DNA from: Orycteropus afer
Taxonomy: Eukaryota
Assembly (NCBI RefSeq): GCF_000298275.1
Contig: NW_006922148.1
Location: 1,353,484-1,382,271 of the forward strand
Direction: 5' to 3'
DNA length: 28,788 nucleotides
Shown: positions 1-10,804 of the stretch, piece after piece
Position numbering within the stretch: the first letter of the stretch is position 1
Layout of the letters: the number at the start of each line of letters is the position of its first letter
Notes under the pieces: generated by a model
Seen by the model: the letters and a program-made list of their open reading frames with translations, nothing else
Told to the model about the DNA's origin: nothing
Databases searched by the model: none
Program-made: the position numbers and the translations under genes

Positions 1-330
1 CATATGAGTAAGGCTGGGTTTACTCAGATGTTGCAACTCTTTCCCAGTCCTATTTTGAGAGCCTTTTAGCCTAAACGGACTATTACTAAAGGTGCGCGCT
101 AATGTACCAAACAGTGTTTCTTTGCTATTCATAAGGTTTTCCCTGGCCAATTCTTTGAGAAATGGATGGACTCTTCCTTCTTCCTAGTCTGTCTCAGTCT
201 CTAAGCTGGGCTGTTACCTGTGCACCAGGTGCATCTCTCTGGGTTTTAAACACCAGAGGCTTAGCCTCAAAACCCAAGTCTACATGTCACCAAAGTAGGA
301 CAAACCGACAGACAAGTTTGTCTTGCTGTT
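1..330 (-). mobile_element. RTE/BovB-type LINE (RTE1-like), 5' leader portion; the window starts inside the element and the ORF start lies off-window
   Basis: The reverse complement of 100-330 aligns by eye with the leader of the plus-strand RTE copy at 11885-12280 (for example ...aaacttgtctgtc..., ...ggaagaaggaag..ccatcca.ttctcaaagaattg.ccag.gaaaaccttatgaatagca...). The homology may extend to about 450 (a single leader-repeat unit). Confidence 0.7.
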
Positions 331-1064
331 GGAGACCTCTAGTATCACCCCCAACTGGGTCCCTGTGGCTGACTGTACCTCTGTCTGGCTTCCTGGCTTT
401 TAATCCCCTTTCTCCTGCTCTTCTGCCCTGCTGTTTTTTTCGTCCCTGAGTTGTCCCTGGGGCTGACTTTTGAAAGTACCTAAATGTAATTCTTTTAATT
501 CCTAATCAGGGATTTCTAGTGTTGCATCTTCTTCAGGTATATGTTCTGGGTCTGTATCCCAGCCCCTTGTTTCTACTGCTTAATCTTACTTTTTTTGTGT
601 AGACTGTGATAGTCTGTCATCTCTGAGACATTGTGAAGGTGTTGCATTTATATTTAAGTGTTGATTGCATGGTAGAGTGATTTTCCCAAGATTTTCATTT
701 TCTTTGTTTTGTTTGGATGTATCTGAGTAAGCAGGGTACTGTGCTCTTCTATTTGGTAGTTGGCAGCACTTGTGCACTCACCACTTGTCTCCTGGTGGGT
801 GTGATAAAGAATGAGAGGGTGTGTACAGATCTCTGTTAGCTATTTGTGAAAAGAAGTTAAGGGTGAATCAGGCTCAGGCTCAGGCTTATATTTGTTGTCT
901 ACCAGTTTGTACAGAAGCAAGTGGTGGCCCTCACACATTAGGTGGGGCTGCAGAAGGTGAGGGCATGGTGTGGTCATATGGGCATCTTTGCTTTCTCCTG
1001 CTCAGTTAGACAAAAACGGCAATCAAAATACTACCTAAAAATTAATTGCAAGGACACAGCATAA

Positions 1065-1425
1065 TCACACAAGAACAATCACCAAAAAGAGAAAGAAAGA
1101 AAAAAAAGAGGAAAAGCAATAAATGAGATAGTTAAATAATTTAAAAAGACAAAAGAAATATAAATAGAAAAAGAAAAAGGACCCCCAATATCTGGGGGGA
1201 GGGGAATAAGAGAAAAGTTTTAGAGTAAGAGAATAATGAAGAAGAAAATGGGAAAAGTGCACAAAGAAAAACAAGGGAAGGGAAGAATCACAAGAAAGAA
1301 AAAATGGGAAGAGGAAAAAACTCCCAAAACTAGAACCTGGGAAGGGAAAAACGAAAGAGAAAAAAACGAAGAAACAAGAAAAGAAAAAAGGAAAATTTAA
1401 TTACAAAAAGAAAAATATCTGGGAG
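1065..1425. repeat. Purine-rich (GA/A-rich) low-complexity tract, about 360 bp
   Basis: The plus strand is almost entirely A and G (aagagaaagaaagaaaaaaaagaggaaaag...gggaagggaagaatcacaagaaagaaaaaatggg). The overlapping minus-strand ORF 1065-1274 is a poly-F/L artefact. Confidence 0.9.
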
Positions 1426-2399
1426 TGGGACAGGGCACCTCGGCTCCATCACAGTACTCAGACTGGAATGGGATACCTACCAGCCCGGAAGGTGGGTGGA
1501 GGTGAGGGATGGCCGCATCTCTATTTACCTAGAGGGTATGCGGCATAAGAGTAACAAGGTAAATATCACAACTTTCCAGTCATCAGCTTCAGGTATGTCC
1601 ATGCTGTTCTTGGCAAGTGGAGCTTGTTCTTAGGTCCTTGGAGTCTGAACAAGAGTGCTATTGCTTTATATATCCAAAATGGCTGCTGCTTGTAAACATT
1701 GAAAATGGCTGCACCCTCTAGACAGCTGAAAGTCCCCAGCTCAGGATGTCTCCTTCTTTGCTGTTTCCCTTTTTCATCATTAGCCACCAGTGCAGTTGTC
1801 CATGCAGCCCTTGGCAAGCAGGACCGATTTTTAGGTTAATTCTCAGATCCTAACACCATTTGGAAATATTCAAACTGTGCCATCAGGATAGCTGATGGTC
1901 CACAGCTCTGTTTGTTTTCTTAGTAACTGTCTTCATCTAGGTTCTTCCACTAATTTGTGTTTAATCCACTTCAGTACCCTTCCTTTCAAAGCTCAAGGCT
2001 CTAGGATTATCTTCAGTATCTGTGTTAATTGGTTTCTCTTTTCTTTGTTGAAGAGTGTCTGTGTAACTTGTCTGTCTTTTCCACCATCTTACTGGAAATC
2101 TCTTTACCCTAATGTTTTGGTTTGCTTTGTTCTGTTATATCTGAGTAGGTTGACCAGGCGTGCTTCTCTGGGTGCTAACCCTACAACACTGGTACACTCT
2201 CTACCTGTGTCTAAGTTAGTTGACTACTGGTGGAAGTGTGTGTATGTGGCTCTGTTGGGTTGTAAAGAGGAGGTGAGGGTGTGAAGAACAGGTGTGTTAC
2301 CCCATCTCTTATTGATTCTGTGGTTCAGGAGCAGGAGGTGGCACTCACCTGTTCCTGAGATGGTACTTGTAGGCATGGCTGACTAATACAGAGTTAATC

Positions 2400-2565
2400 T
2401 TGATTTCCTGTTGGATGGCGAAAAAGTATAAGGAGAAAGAATAACAAGGAAAGGTGAATGAGAAGAAAGATTGGCGAAAGTAAAAGAAGAAGGTAAAAAG
2501 GGGAAAATAAGCAAGTAGAAAAAAGAAAAAAGAGAAATGGGGGGAAAAAAGGCAAGGGTGAGGGA
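2400..2565. repeat. Second purine-rich low-complexity tract
   Basis: aaaaagtataaggagaaagaataacaaggaaaggtgaatgagaagaaagattggcgaaagtaaaagaagaagg... It has the same flavour as 1065-1425 and may be a diverged copy of the same unit. Confidence 0.8.
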
Positions 2566-3054
2566 TTGTTTTAGTTATGGTAAGGCAGTAGTGGTGGCTG
2601 CAGGTCACTCTGGTATAATTTAGAAGAATGTGTTCCCACAGAGTTGGTAGCAGCCTTATGCGTATGAGCACCTCTGACAAAGGAGGTGACGGTGTCGCAC
2701 ATCTTCCATTCAGTGGGAGCGCAAGACTGTCCATGGCCCATGTACAAGGATGAAGAGCCTCAGACTTGGCTCTGCCAGCTTGCAGCATGTTGTGATGGAT
2801 GGCTGGGCTGCTGAGAATGCAGCCAAGGAACTGGATGGGTGGCTAGTAGGCAGGGTGTCATCCTTAGTCACTGGATTAAGGACAGGAAGAGTGCTTACCC
2901 CTAGAAAGGAAAGACACTGAAATGTACACATAAGATACAGACAGTTAGAGGCAAATAGTAGCATATGCACCATACCACATAACAACTCACACCAAACACC
3001 AGGCTACAGATAAATACACAGACAAGTGAGAAGATAAGGTAGAAAACCAAAAAT

Positions 3055-3645
3055 GCATGGAAACAATTAGTCCAAGGAACTGATAGACTATGCAATCCTC
3101 AGCCTATATGACCGTGAGACCATAAGAACTAGATGGTGTCCAACTACCCCTGTCAAACACTCAGAAGAGGATCAGTCCAGGAGATCCTAGATGGAGTGGG
3201 ATAGCAATGTGGGACAAAAATCAAATCATAAAAAAAAGGAGCAGGTTTGCTGGTCTGATGTGGCCTGGTGAGACCCCTGAGACTGTGATCCCTAATTACC
3301 CTTCAGATCTGGAACTGAACTTACTCCTGTGGCTTCTAGCCAAACAATAGTTAGGCATATTGGGTGAACATTTACATCAGGTAAATATACTCCTTAGAGC
3401 AATAAATCACTGGAGAATAGAAGAGCGGTGTTTGCACAGGGAGACAGCTAAGGGTAGGGGGTGGGAGTGCATGAGTGGGAAGGACACAGGGAAGAGATAA
3501 CTACACAGAGGAAGTGGGTGGAGAGCTGTTACGATGTGCGGAATTGCAGTCAATGTCATGCAACAAAATGTGTTAGAACTGCTGTATTGGAAATGGATTT
3601 GCTCTGTAAGCTTTTACCCAAGTCAGGAAAAAGAAAGAAAAAAAG
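3055..3645 (+). repeat. Unclassified interspersed repeat family A, copy 1. It is bipartite, with an internal A-run at about 3228-3238 and a terminal A-rich tail at about 3628-3645.
   Basis: Alignable by eye to 13221-13810 (both start ...catggaaacaattagtccaagg.actg... and share ...cctcagcctatatga.c.tgagacca.aagaactagatggtg...). Both copies have an internal poly-A and a terminal poly-A, consistent with a composite non-LTR retroposon. Confidence 0.6.
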
Positions 3646-3723
3646 TATTAAGGAACAGAGATGTCAGTTTGAAGACTAAGGTGTGCCTGATCCAATTTAT
3701 GATATGTTTAATTGCTACATACC

Positions 3724-4448
3724 AAAGGGGCAAGGAGACTGCATCTTCTGACCACTTCTAACCCCACAAGAGGAAGACAGAATCACCATCAGTAGCCCAA
3801 GGCCTATTCCTGTGAGGCCAGACATGATCCAGCCCTTTCACTAATCCTGGCACTGACCATTCCTCCACAGCACCCACCATCTCTCTCTTGGGTTCGATAA
3901 TTCGCTTCAGTGGCCACAGAGAACTCACAGCTTATGGGGTTTATTAGGGAAGCAACAGGTTTCAATTCAAGTTCAGAAATGCACTCAGTCTCTCACAGCT
4001 GGCCGTCTCACTTAGCAGCTGGCAGTCTCTCTCAGCAATGTGTGTCTTTCACATCTCTCAGCAGCACATGTCTATCACATTTCTCTCTCAGCAAGTGCGT
4101 GTGTCTCACATCTCTTTCTCATCAGGTTTGTGTCTCTCACGTCTCTTCTCAGCAAGTGCATGTCTCTCAGGAGCACATTTCTCTCAGCAGCACAACTTTC
4201 TCAGCCAGCAGTCAGAGAGATTCCTTCTGCCTTTAGGAGGGCTCCTTTTAAGCTTGGCAGAGTGGCCAAACTAACCAATGCCAACATCAGAATTCTACAC
4301 ACCTAAGAGAGAGAGAGAACTTGCCAGAAGATTGCTTCCTGCCACTCTCAACAGAAGTACCCCAGGAAGATAACTAACAATCAGGAGATACTCAGTTGCT
4401 CATGGTAAATTCTACCACTGAGTTTACAAAGACTCATGGCTAGAAAAG
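3724..4448 (+). repeat. Unclassified interspersed repeat family B, copy 1, containing an internal imperfect 17-18 bp tandem array at about 3990-4210
   Basis: Homologous to 10805-11448 (shared ...ccacaagaggaa.acagaatcaccatcag.ag.ccaaggcct.tt... and ...ttcgataatt.gct.cagtggccaca.agaactcacag.ttatggggtttattagggaagcaacagg...). The internal array is (tctctcagcagcacatg)-like units. Ends ...tttacaaagactcatggctag. Confidence 0.6.
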
Positions 4449-4904
4449 CCATACCGGGTAATTTACTACACCACACTTCATATGCATGTGAAAGCTGGAC
4501 TATGAATAAGGAAGACCAAAATAGAATTAATGTACTTGAATTATAGTGTTGGTGAAGAATGTTGACTATACCATGGACTTCCAGAAAAACAAATAAATCT
4601 GTCTTCAAAGAAGTACATCCAGAATGCTCCTTAGAAATGAGGATAGCAAGACTTCATTTCATGTACTTTGGACATGTTATCAGGAGGGACCTATTCCTAC
4701 AGAAGAACATTATGACTGGTAAAATAGAGGGCCATTGTAAAAGAATAAGACCTCAATGAGGTGAGTTGACACAGTGGCAATGACAATGGACTCAAACAGA
4801 GCAGTGAGGATGGCATAGGACCAAGCAGTGTTTTATTCTATTGTATTGTATTGTTTGATCTGGGTCATAACTGACTCAGTGGCACCTAAAAACAGCAACA
4901 ACAG
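4449..4904 (+). mobile_element. RTE/BovB-type LINE, 5'-truncated 3' fragment (C-terminal ORF remnant plus 3' end)
   Basis: ORF 4559-4759 (MLTIPWTSRKTNKSVFKEVHPECSLEMRIARLHFMYFGHVIRRD...KIEGHCKR) matches the conserved BovB/RTE ORF C-terminus (..PWTARKTN.S.L.E..PE.SLE......L.YFGH..RR......GK.EG). The preceding ..YACESWTMNKED.. motif is also present. The 3' terminus ...cagtgttttattc...aacagcaacaacag (4904) mirrors the minus copy terminus at 15828 (ctgttgttattgttagg). Confidence 0.85.
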
Positions 4905-5094
4905 GGAGTTTGATGTCAGAAGTTGAGTTGAGATTTGTTTAGGAATGTGTATTAATATGGGTCTTGCCTATATTACTCTTTGTATGTCCTATTACCCATC
5001 TTATTTTTCTTTATGTGTTTTACTGCTGCTTTTTTTGCTTTTAAAAAAAGCCTCAAACTGTCTGATTTTTTTGTTTTCATATGTTTTTTAAAAT

Positions 5095-6470
5095 TTTATT
5101 GTGATTTGGATGAAAGTGTACAGAGCAAATTCATTTTCCATACAGCAGTTAATACATTCATATTTTGTCCCATGACACTGACTGCAGTGCAATAACCAAC
5201 TATGTAACAGTTCTCTTGCCACTTCCTGCCATAGTTACCTCTTCCCTGTATCCTTCCCTCCATGCACTCCTGCTTCCTGAGCTGTCTCCCTGTGCATGCA
5301 CTGCCCTTCTTTTCTCCCATGATTGATCTCTCCAAGGAGTGTATATTTACCTGATGTAAGTGTTCAGCCCATATGCCTGTCTGTTATTTGGCTGGAAGCC
5401 ACAGGAGTGGCTTCAATTCCAGCTGGGGGCCATAGATGCAGGAGTCTCACCAGGCATATCAAACTAGCAAACTTGGTCTTTTGTGTGTGTGTGATTTTGA
5501 GTTTTATTCCACATAGTTCTCCCACTCTATCCAGGATTTCCTGCACCGACCCCCCTGAGTGGTTGACAGTGGTAGCTGGTTATCCTCTAGTTCTTCTGGG
5601 CTCATGGTCATATAGGCTAAGGATCAGATGGTCTACCAGTCCCTTAGACTGATTATTTCCATGCATCTTTGGTTTTCTTCATTCTTCTTTGCTCTGGATG
5701 AGGAGAGACCCATTGTTGCTTGCAAGCTTTTAAGATCCCAGTTGCTACTTAGCAAAGTAGGATGTGGAACAATGTTTTTGTATAGTATATTATGCCAGTT
5801 GAGCTTGATGTCCCCTGCAACCATAATCCTGAGCCCATAGGTCCAAACACTTGCTCCATCATAGTGGTTGACTACACATAAGATGTTACCATAATTTTAC
5901 ATGGACATTCTAGTTCTAGTTACATGGACATTCTTCAGCACATACAAATACATATGTAGACTTGTTGTCTGCCAACCTTATGTGTGGTCTTGGATATATT
6001 CCCTTTTGCCTAGACATAACTGATCATTCAGCCTGTCTACCCATCTATTTGGGAGCTCTGGTACCGTAGTGCCTAAAGCACTTGCCTGTTAACCAGAAGG
6101 TTGGCAGTTCAAATCCACCAGCCACTCCTCGGAAGGAAGATGGGTCAATCTACTTCCGTAGTGATACTGCCTCGGAAACCCAACGAGGGGTCGCTATGAG
6201 TCAGGTCCAACTTGACAGCACATAACAACAACAACTCATCTATTTGCCCACAGATTAATGTTTTTGATCACTGATAATGCAGTATTTTATGTATCAAAGG
6301 ATTTTTATCTCCATTGTTTGTACTTCTTATACACCTTCCTGTGTCTTCTTTTTCATATATTTTTATCTCGCTGTTTTTTGCCGTTTAACCTTTGTTTCTC
6401 TTTTGTCTCTCCTTTACCAGCTGAATTTGTATTTATAACATTCTTTAATTGTATTGCTTATTATTAATAT
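5095..6470 (-). mobile_element. L1 LINE, 3' UTR and 3' terminus (minus strand); the 3' end is at about 5095 and the far boundary is uncertain
   Basis: Starts with a T-run followed by ttattgtgatttggatgaaagtgtacagagcaaat, which is the reverse complement of the L1 3' end (...cacaataaa plus poly-A). In the copy at 25815-26776 the same motif family is contiguous with the L1 ORF2 C-terminus. Confidence 0.7.
6052..6236 (+). mobile_element. AfroSINE-type tRNA-derived SINE (subtype ending ...cataacaacaacaac), nested in the L1 3' UTR
   Basis: tRNA-like head ggagctctggtaccgtagtgcctaa..., B-box-like ggcagttcaaatccacc, body ...ggaaggaagatgggtcaatctacttccgtagtgatactgcctcggaaaccc..gaggggtcgctatgagtc... Flanked by a 10-bp direct repeat catctatttg (6042-6051 and 6237-6246), which is a target-site duplication. 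Confidence 0.85.
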
Positions 6471-8322
6471 TTAAGGATTAATGTATAAAAAGGAACCCAG
6501 TAATTAAACTGCTTTTTGTCTTCTTTGACTTTCTTTTGTGAGATAATGGATTAATTTTGTTTTATTTTTAAAGATTTATTCAAGTCTTTTCTTCTGTATT
6601 AACAGGATGATGCCATTTAATAAATGCCTTCTCATTTTAGAACTATTTTGGCTATTTCAGTCACATAAAATTAACGTTTGTGCATACATATCCATGTTAT
6701 GCATAGGTTCCTTTTGTGTTTACTCAAAAAGTATTTGTATATTTTTAACCATTAGAAAATTACTTTGTTGTTGTTGTTTTTTAAAAAATTGCTTACTCAA
6801 AAGGGTCATATATTTGAGTCTTTACACATATTTCGTGTTTTAAGATATTCTTTATTTTGAGTAAAATTTCAATTGAAGCAGGCACTCAGCATGAAATGGC
6901 TTTAAGTTGTACTGATTTTAGGTACTTAGAGAAATTACTGGACAGAAATCATAAAAAAGGGAGTAAAAGAAATTTAACACAGGTTTATGAAATATTCTTG
7001 GGAATAAGAATTGGAAGTTAGAAATGAATATTCCTTTTTTCTCACTGAAATTCTTTAATGAGCATATTTTAAAAACAATGTCCATCATGAAATTTTAATT
7101 CCCAAAATCAGAATAGTGTTTCTGAATGTCTTTTTTAATAGAGAGGGTAGGTAAATGGATTGGAGGAGAAAAACAAAGAGAGGGACTTCAACTTCATAAC
7201 CTTTTTTTTTTTAAGGGAGGAATTTGAGACAGATGTATGAAAATGTTAAAAATTGAAAGTTAATGTTGGCTTGATTAGTCATCATATTCTCTTTCCTATT
7301 GTATACTATTTTCTGTGTACTTAAACTATGTTATAATCAAATAAAACAGTACATTAAGTCTCTGTGTTGTAGTGATACAAACACTGCTTTATTTCCATCT
7401 AGAGATGATTTACCTATGAGAAGACTCACTGTCGCTCTAATTATAATGATGATACATGCAAAACGTTTTAATAAAATTAGCAACAAAAAACAGACATTTG
7501 GAGATACAACAATATTTTAAAACTACTATTTTATATTTTAAAGTAATGTTAAATTGTGACTTCCATTATTTTAGAAATAGAAATGGATTGTTAATTTCTA
7601 CATTTACTATACCTAAGCATTCATTTTCAATCTTGGTACTTCATAGTATACTACATATCTTGATTTGTTAAATAGCTTTATTTACCTATAGATACTATTT
7701 ACTAGAAATAATTTGATACATTGGTATAGTAAGCCGTTGCTGTGTTTATCTATTGTATATTTTAAGTGTATTCGTTTATTTATAGCCAGAGCCTAGAAAT
7801 AGACTTTTTGAAATCATACTTCATGTCTACTGGTTACTGAAGATGTCTCTGGAGGTCAGTTCAGGATATGTAGTTTGTGGTGGTTGTTATGGTTATGTGC
7901 TATTGTGCTGATCTGACTCATAATAACCTTGTATACAACAGAAGGAAACACTGTTCTTGTGCCATTCTCATAATCATTGCCATATTTAATTCCATTGTTC
8001 CAGTCATTTTGTCAATCCATCTCAGAGGGTTGTTGTCTTTTTCACTGACACTATACTTTTCCAGGTATGATGTCCTTCTCCGGGTGTCTTCTAAGGAACA
8101 TTCTCTGGCTGAGGAACATGTCTGGCTTCTTCTAAGACAGATTTGTTTGTTCTTATGACATCCATGATATATTCAATATTCTTCACCAACATCATAGTTC
8201 AGTTTCCGAATTACTTTCAGGATAATATGACAGGCACATGTTCTAGTCTTCCTAGTTCTTTTTTGAGTGATGAGCTAGTTAAGAGCCTTGAGAGTGTTAA
8301 AGAGATTTATGATCTGCTAATA

Positions 8323-8508
8323 GGAGCTCTGGTAGCATAGTGCCTAAGGCACTTGACTGCTAACCAGAAGGCTGGCAGTTCAAACCCACCAGCCACTCCT
8401 CGGAAGGAAGATGGAGCAATCTACTTCCTTAGTGATACTGCCTTGGAAGCCCAAGGAGGGGTTGCTATGAGTGGGGTCTGACTCGACAGCGCATAACAAC
8501 AACAACAA
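8323..8508 (+). mobile_element. AfroSINE-type SINE (same subtype as 6052-6236)
   Basis: ggagctctggtagcatagtgcctaaggcacttgactgctaaccagaaggctggcagttcaaacccaccagccactcctcggaaggaagatggagcaatctacttcc...ggggttgctatgagt...gcataacaacaacaacaa. Confidence 0.85.
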
Positions 8509-8867
8509 TATTGTTATAATTCTTTAATAAAACTGTTATCAATGGACACAATTTTACATGCAATTTCAAACAGACATAAGGAGTTGGTTTTTGTTTTTTT
8601 ACTTTTAGGTGTAAAAGGTCAAGAACGTCTCCTGTCTCTGATTGCCACATTTCTGGTACTACAGTTTCTTCACATCAAGTTGGAAGGAGTGGAAATAGTC
8701 TTCAAATCACTGATAAAATTAGATGTCACTTCTATCTCCAGGTGCCCTTATAAGCTTTAACTATTAAGCTTTTATTTTCAACCATTTCTTAAATAAACCT
8801 TGTAAGTAGGCTACATGAAATTATCTTACATTTATGTACTACTTATTTTTAAAAACTAATGTGTTGT

Positions 8868-10205
8868 ATTTCCAGTGAAGATTTACACATCAGTTTAGGC
8901 TCCCATTCAACAATTTCTGCACAAATTGTTCAGTGACACAGGTTACATTCTTCACAATGCGTAACATTCTCGTTGTATCCATTCTGGTTGTTCCTTTAAT
9001 CTAGTTTCCCTGCCACCTTACATTATCATCTTTGTTTTAAAGTAATTATTAACCAAAGGTTGGGCAATCCTACTTCCATAGTGATACTGCCTCGGAAACC
9101 CAAGGAGGGGTCGCTATGAGTCGGGGCCGACTCCACGGCACATAACAACAACAACATTAACCGTTTGTTCACATGTAAATGATTTTTAAAAGGAACACAG
9201 TACTTGTGATTGATATTCATCATTTTGTGAGCTAATCTGTTATTTAGTTACAAGTTGACCTCAACAGTTAGTTTCAGGTCAAGTTTGAAGAGTATCTCGG
9301 TGCAATAATCTTGGGAAGTCCTCCAGTCTCAACCAGTCCAGGAAGGATGGCTTTTGTTGTTTGTTTTAAGAATTTCAGGTTCTGTTACTCATATTTCACC
9401 CATTTGGTCAGGGTTGTCAGTAAGGTTAGTCAGGTAGCATGTAGTTCTTCTGGTTTTAGGGTAGATGGGCTGTGGTTTGCACTGTTTGTCTTGTAAACTA
9501 CTGTCTTCCTTGAATTGCTGGTTTCCTTCTTTCTCTTTTGCTGTAGATGGTTTGTTTCTGTATATATACCTGTTGATTACATTTCATAAAAGTGAGAACA
9601 TATAATATTTTTTTGTGATTGACTTATTTCACTCAACATAATGTCCTTCAGGTTATTTCATGTTCCAAGATGTTTTGGGAATTCATTTTTCTTTATTGCT
9701 AAGTAGTATTTCATTGTATGTATGTGACACATATTACTTATCCATTCATGATGGGCATTGTTGTTTCTATCTTTTTGCTCTTGTGAATAGTGCTGCTCTG
9801 AACATATGTACACATGCGTCTGTGCCACTTCTTTTAGCTCACTAGGTTATATATCTAGGAGTGGAATTGCTGGGTCATATGGCAGCTCTACCTCTAGTTT
9901 TCTGAGGAACTGCCAGAATGTGTTCCACAGTGGCTATACCATTTTACATTCTCGTCAACAGTGGATGAGGACTCTACTTTCTCCACATCCTCTCCAACAC
10001 TTTTCTCTTCCACGCTTTGTTTTGTTTAATCTTAGCCATCATAGTGGAAGGGAAGTGGTATCTCATTGTGGTTTTGATTTGCATTTCTCTGATGCCTAAT
10101 GATGTTAAGTATCTTTTCATTGGTCCATTAGTCATTTGGATATCCTTTTCGGTGTAGTGTCTGATCATGTTCTTTGCCCAGTTTTTGATTTGGTTATTTG
10201 TCTTT
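8868..10205 (-). mobile_element. L1 LINE 3' portion (ORF2 C-terminal region plus 3' UTR), minus strand
   Basis: 8868-9040 carries the L1 3'-end motif (ccagtgaagatttacacatcagtttaggctcccattcaacaatttctgcacaaattgttcagtgacac...). 9600-10200 matches 26750-27250 (cttatttcactcaacataatgtcc.tcaggtt.at..., ...ccattcatc.tg.tgggcat.t.g...). Minus-strand ORF 9974-10168 (..MQIKTTMRYHF.STMMAKIK..) carries the L1 ORF2 C-terminal MRYH motif. Confidence 0.75.
9054..9155 (+). mobile_element. AfroSINE-type SINE, 5'-truncated (3' half only), nested in the L1
   Basis: ..ggttgggcaatcctacttccatagtgatactgcctcggaaacccaaggaggggtcgctatgagtcggggccgactccacggcacataacaacaacaac. Flanked by attaacc on both sides (about 9047-9053 and 9156-9162), a plausible 7-bp target-site duplication. 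Confidence 0.75.
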
Positions 10206-10271
10206 TTGTTGTTAATTACATTTATGTACTACTTTATAAGTACGAATATGTATAGGATACATATTATAGAA

Positions 10272-10458
10272 GGAGCTCTGATGGTGTGGTTCAGGCATTT
10301 GGCTGCTAACCAGAAGGTTGGTGGTTAAACCTACCAGCTGCTCCATGAAAGAAAGATGAGACAGTAGACTTCCATAAAGATTTGCAGCCTTGGAAATCAA
10401 TGTGATTCACTGTGAGTTGGAATCGACTCAGTGGCAGTGAGTTTGGTTTAGTTTTTGG
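10272..10458 (+). mobile_element. AfroSINE-type SINE, second subtype (tail ...tgagttggaatcgactcagtggcagtgagtttggttt)
   Basis: ggagctctgatggtgtggttcaggcatttggctgctaaccagaaggttggtggttaaacctaccagctgctccatg.aagaaagatgagacagtagacttcc.taaagatttgcagccttggaaa...tgagttggaatcgactcagtggcagtgagtttggtttag. Confidence 0.85.
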
Positions 10459-10804
10459 TTATAAGTACAAAGAGGATTTTTTCATAGCTAATACCTGGAC
10501 GACAATCTTTTAGGTAGGCAATATACAGTATTTTTCTCTCTAGCTGCACAGGAAATTGGCACTGAGAGTTTAAGTGTTGCTTACATTTGAGCTCAGATCT
10601 TTAGGTTCCTGGTGTAGTAGTATTTTCACTATAACATGTTGATCTTGTGTGCTTTTGGAAGATCCAGTATATGATTATTGGGACAAAGCCTGCTCCCAAC
10701 AATTGCAGGCCCTGGGACAAGAATACAAATAGAAACCCACATACTATATATCTAAGTATTTGAAGGTTATAAGTCAAACTAAGAAACTCTTAAATGTGTT
10801 TGCT

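Noticed and set aside
2345-2788. A 147-aa minus-strand ORF
   Set aside because: Most of it is a translation of the polypurine/polypyrimidine tract (runs of F, L and S). The remainder has no recognisable motif.
3910-4306. Three overlapping Ser/Leu/His/Val-rich ORFs of 78-108 aa on the plus strand (and the analogous set at 11000-11379)
   Set aside because: They are produced by the 17-18 bp tandem array inside repeat B, which by its period stays open in several frames. The composition is low-complexity and they do not look like a protein.
6052-6125. tRNA-like sequences with A-box and B-box motifs (also at 8323, 10272, 14881 and 19466)
   Set aside because: Each is the 5' head of a longer SINE with a characteristic non-tRNA body and tail. 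None forms a complete cloverleaf with an anticodon stem and a CCA-less mature end. They are SINE promoters, not tRNA genes.
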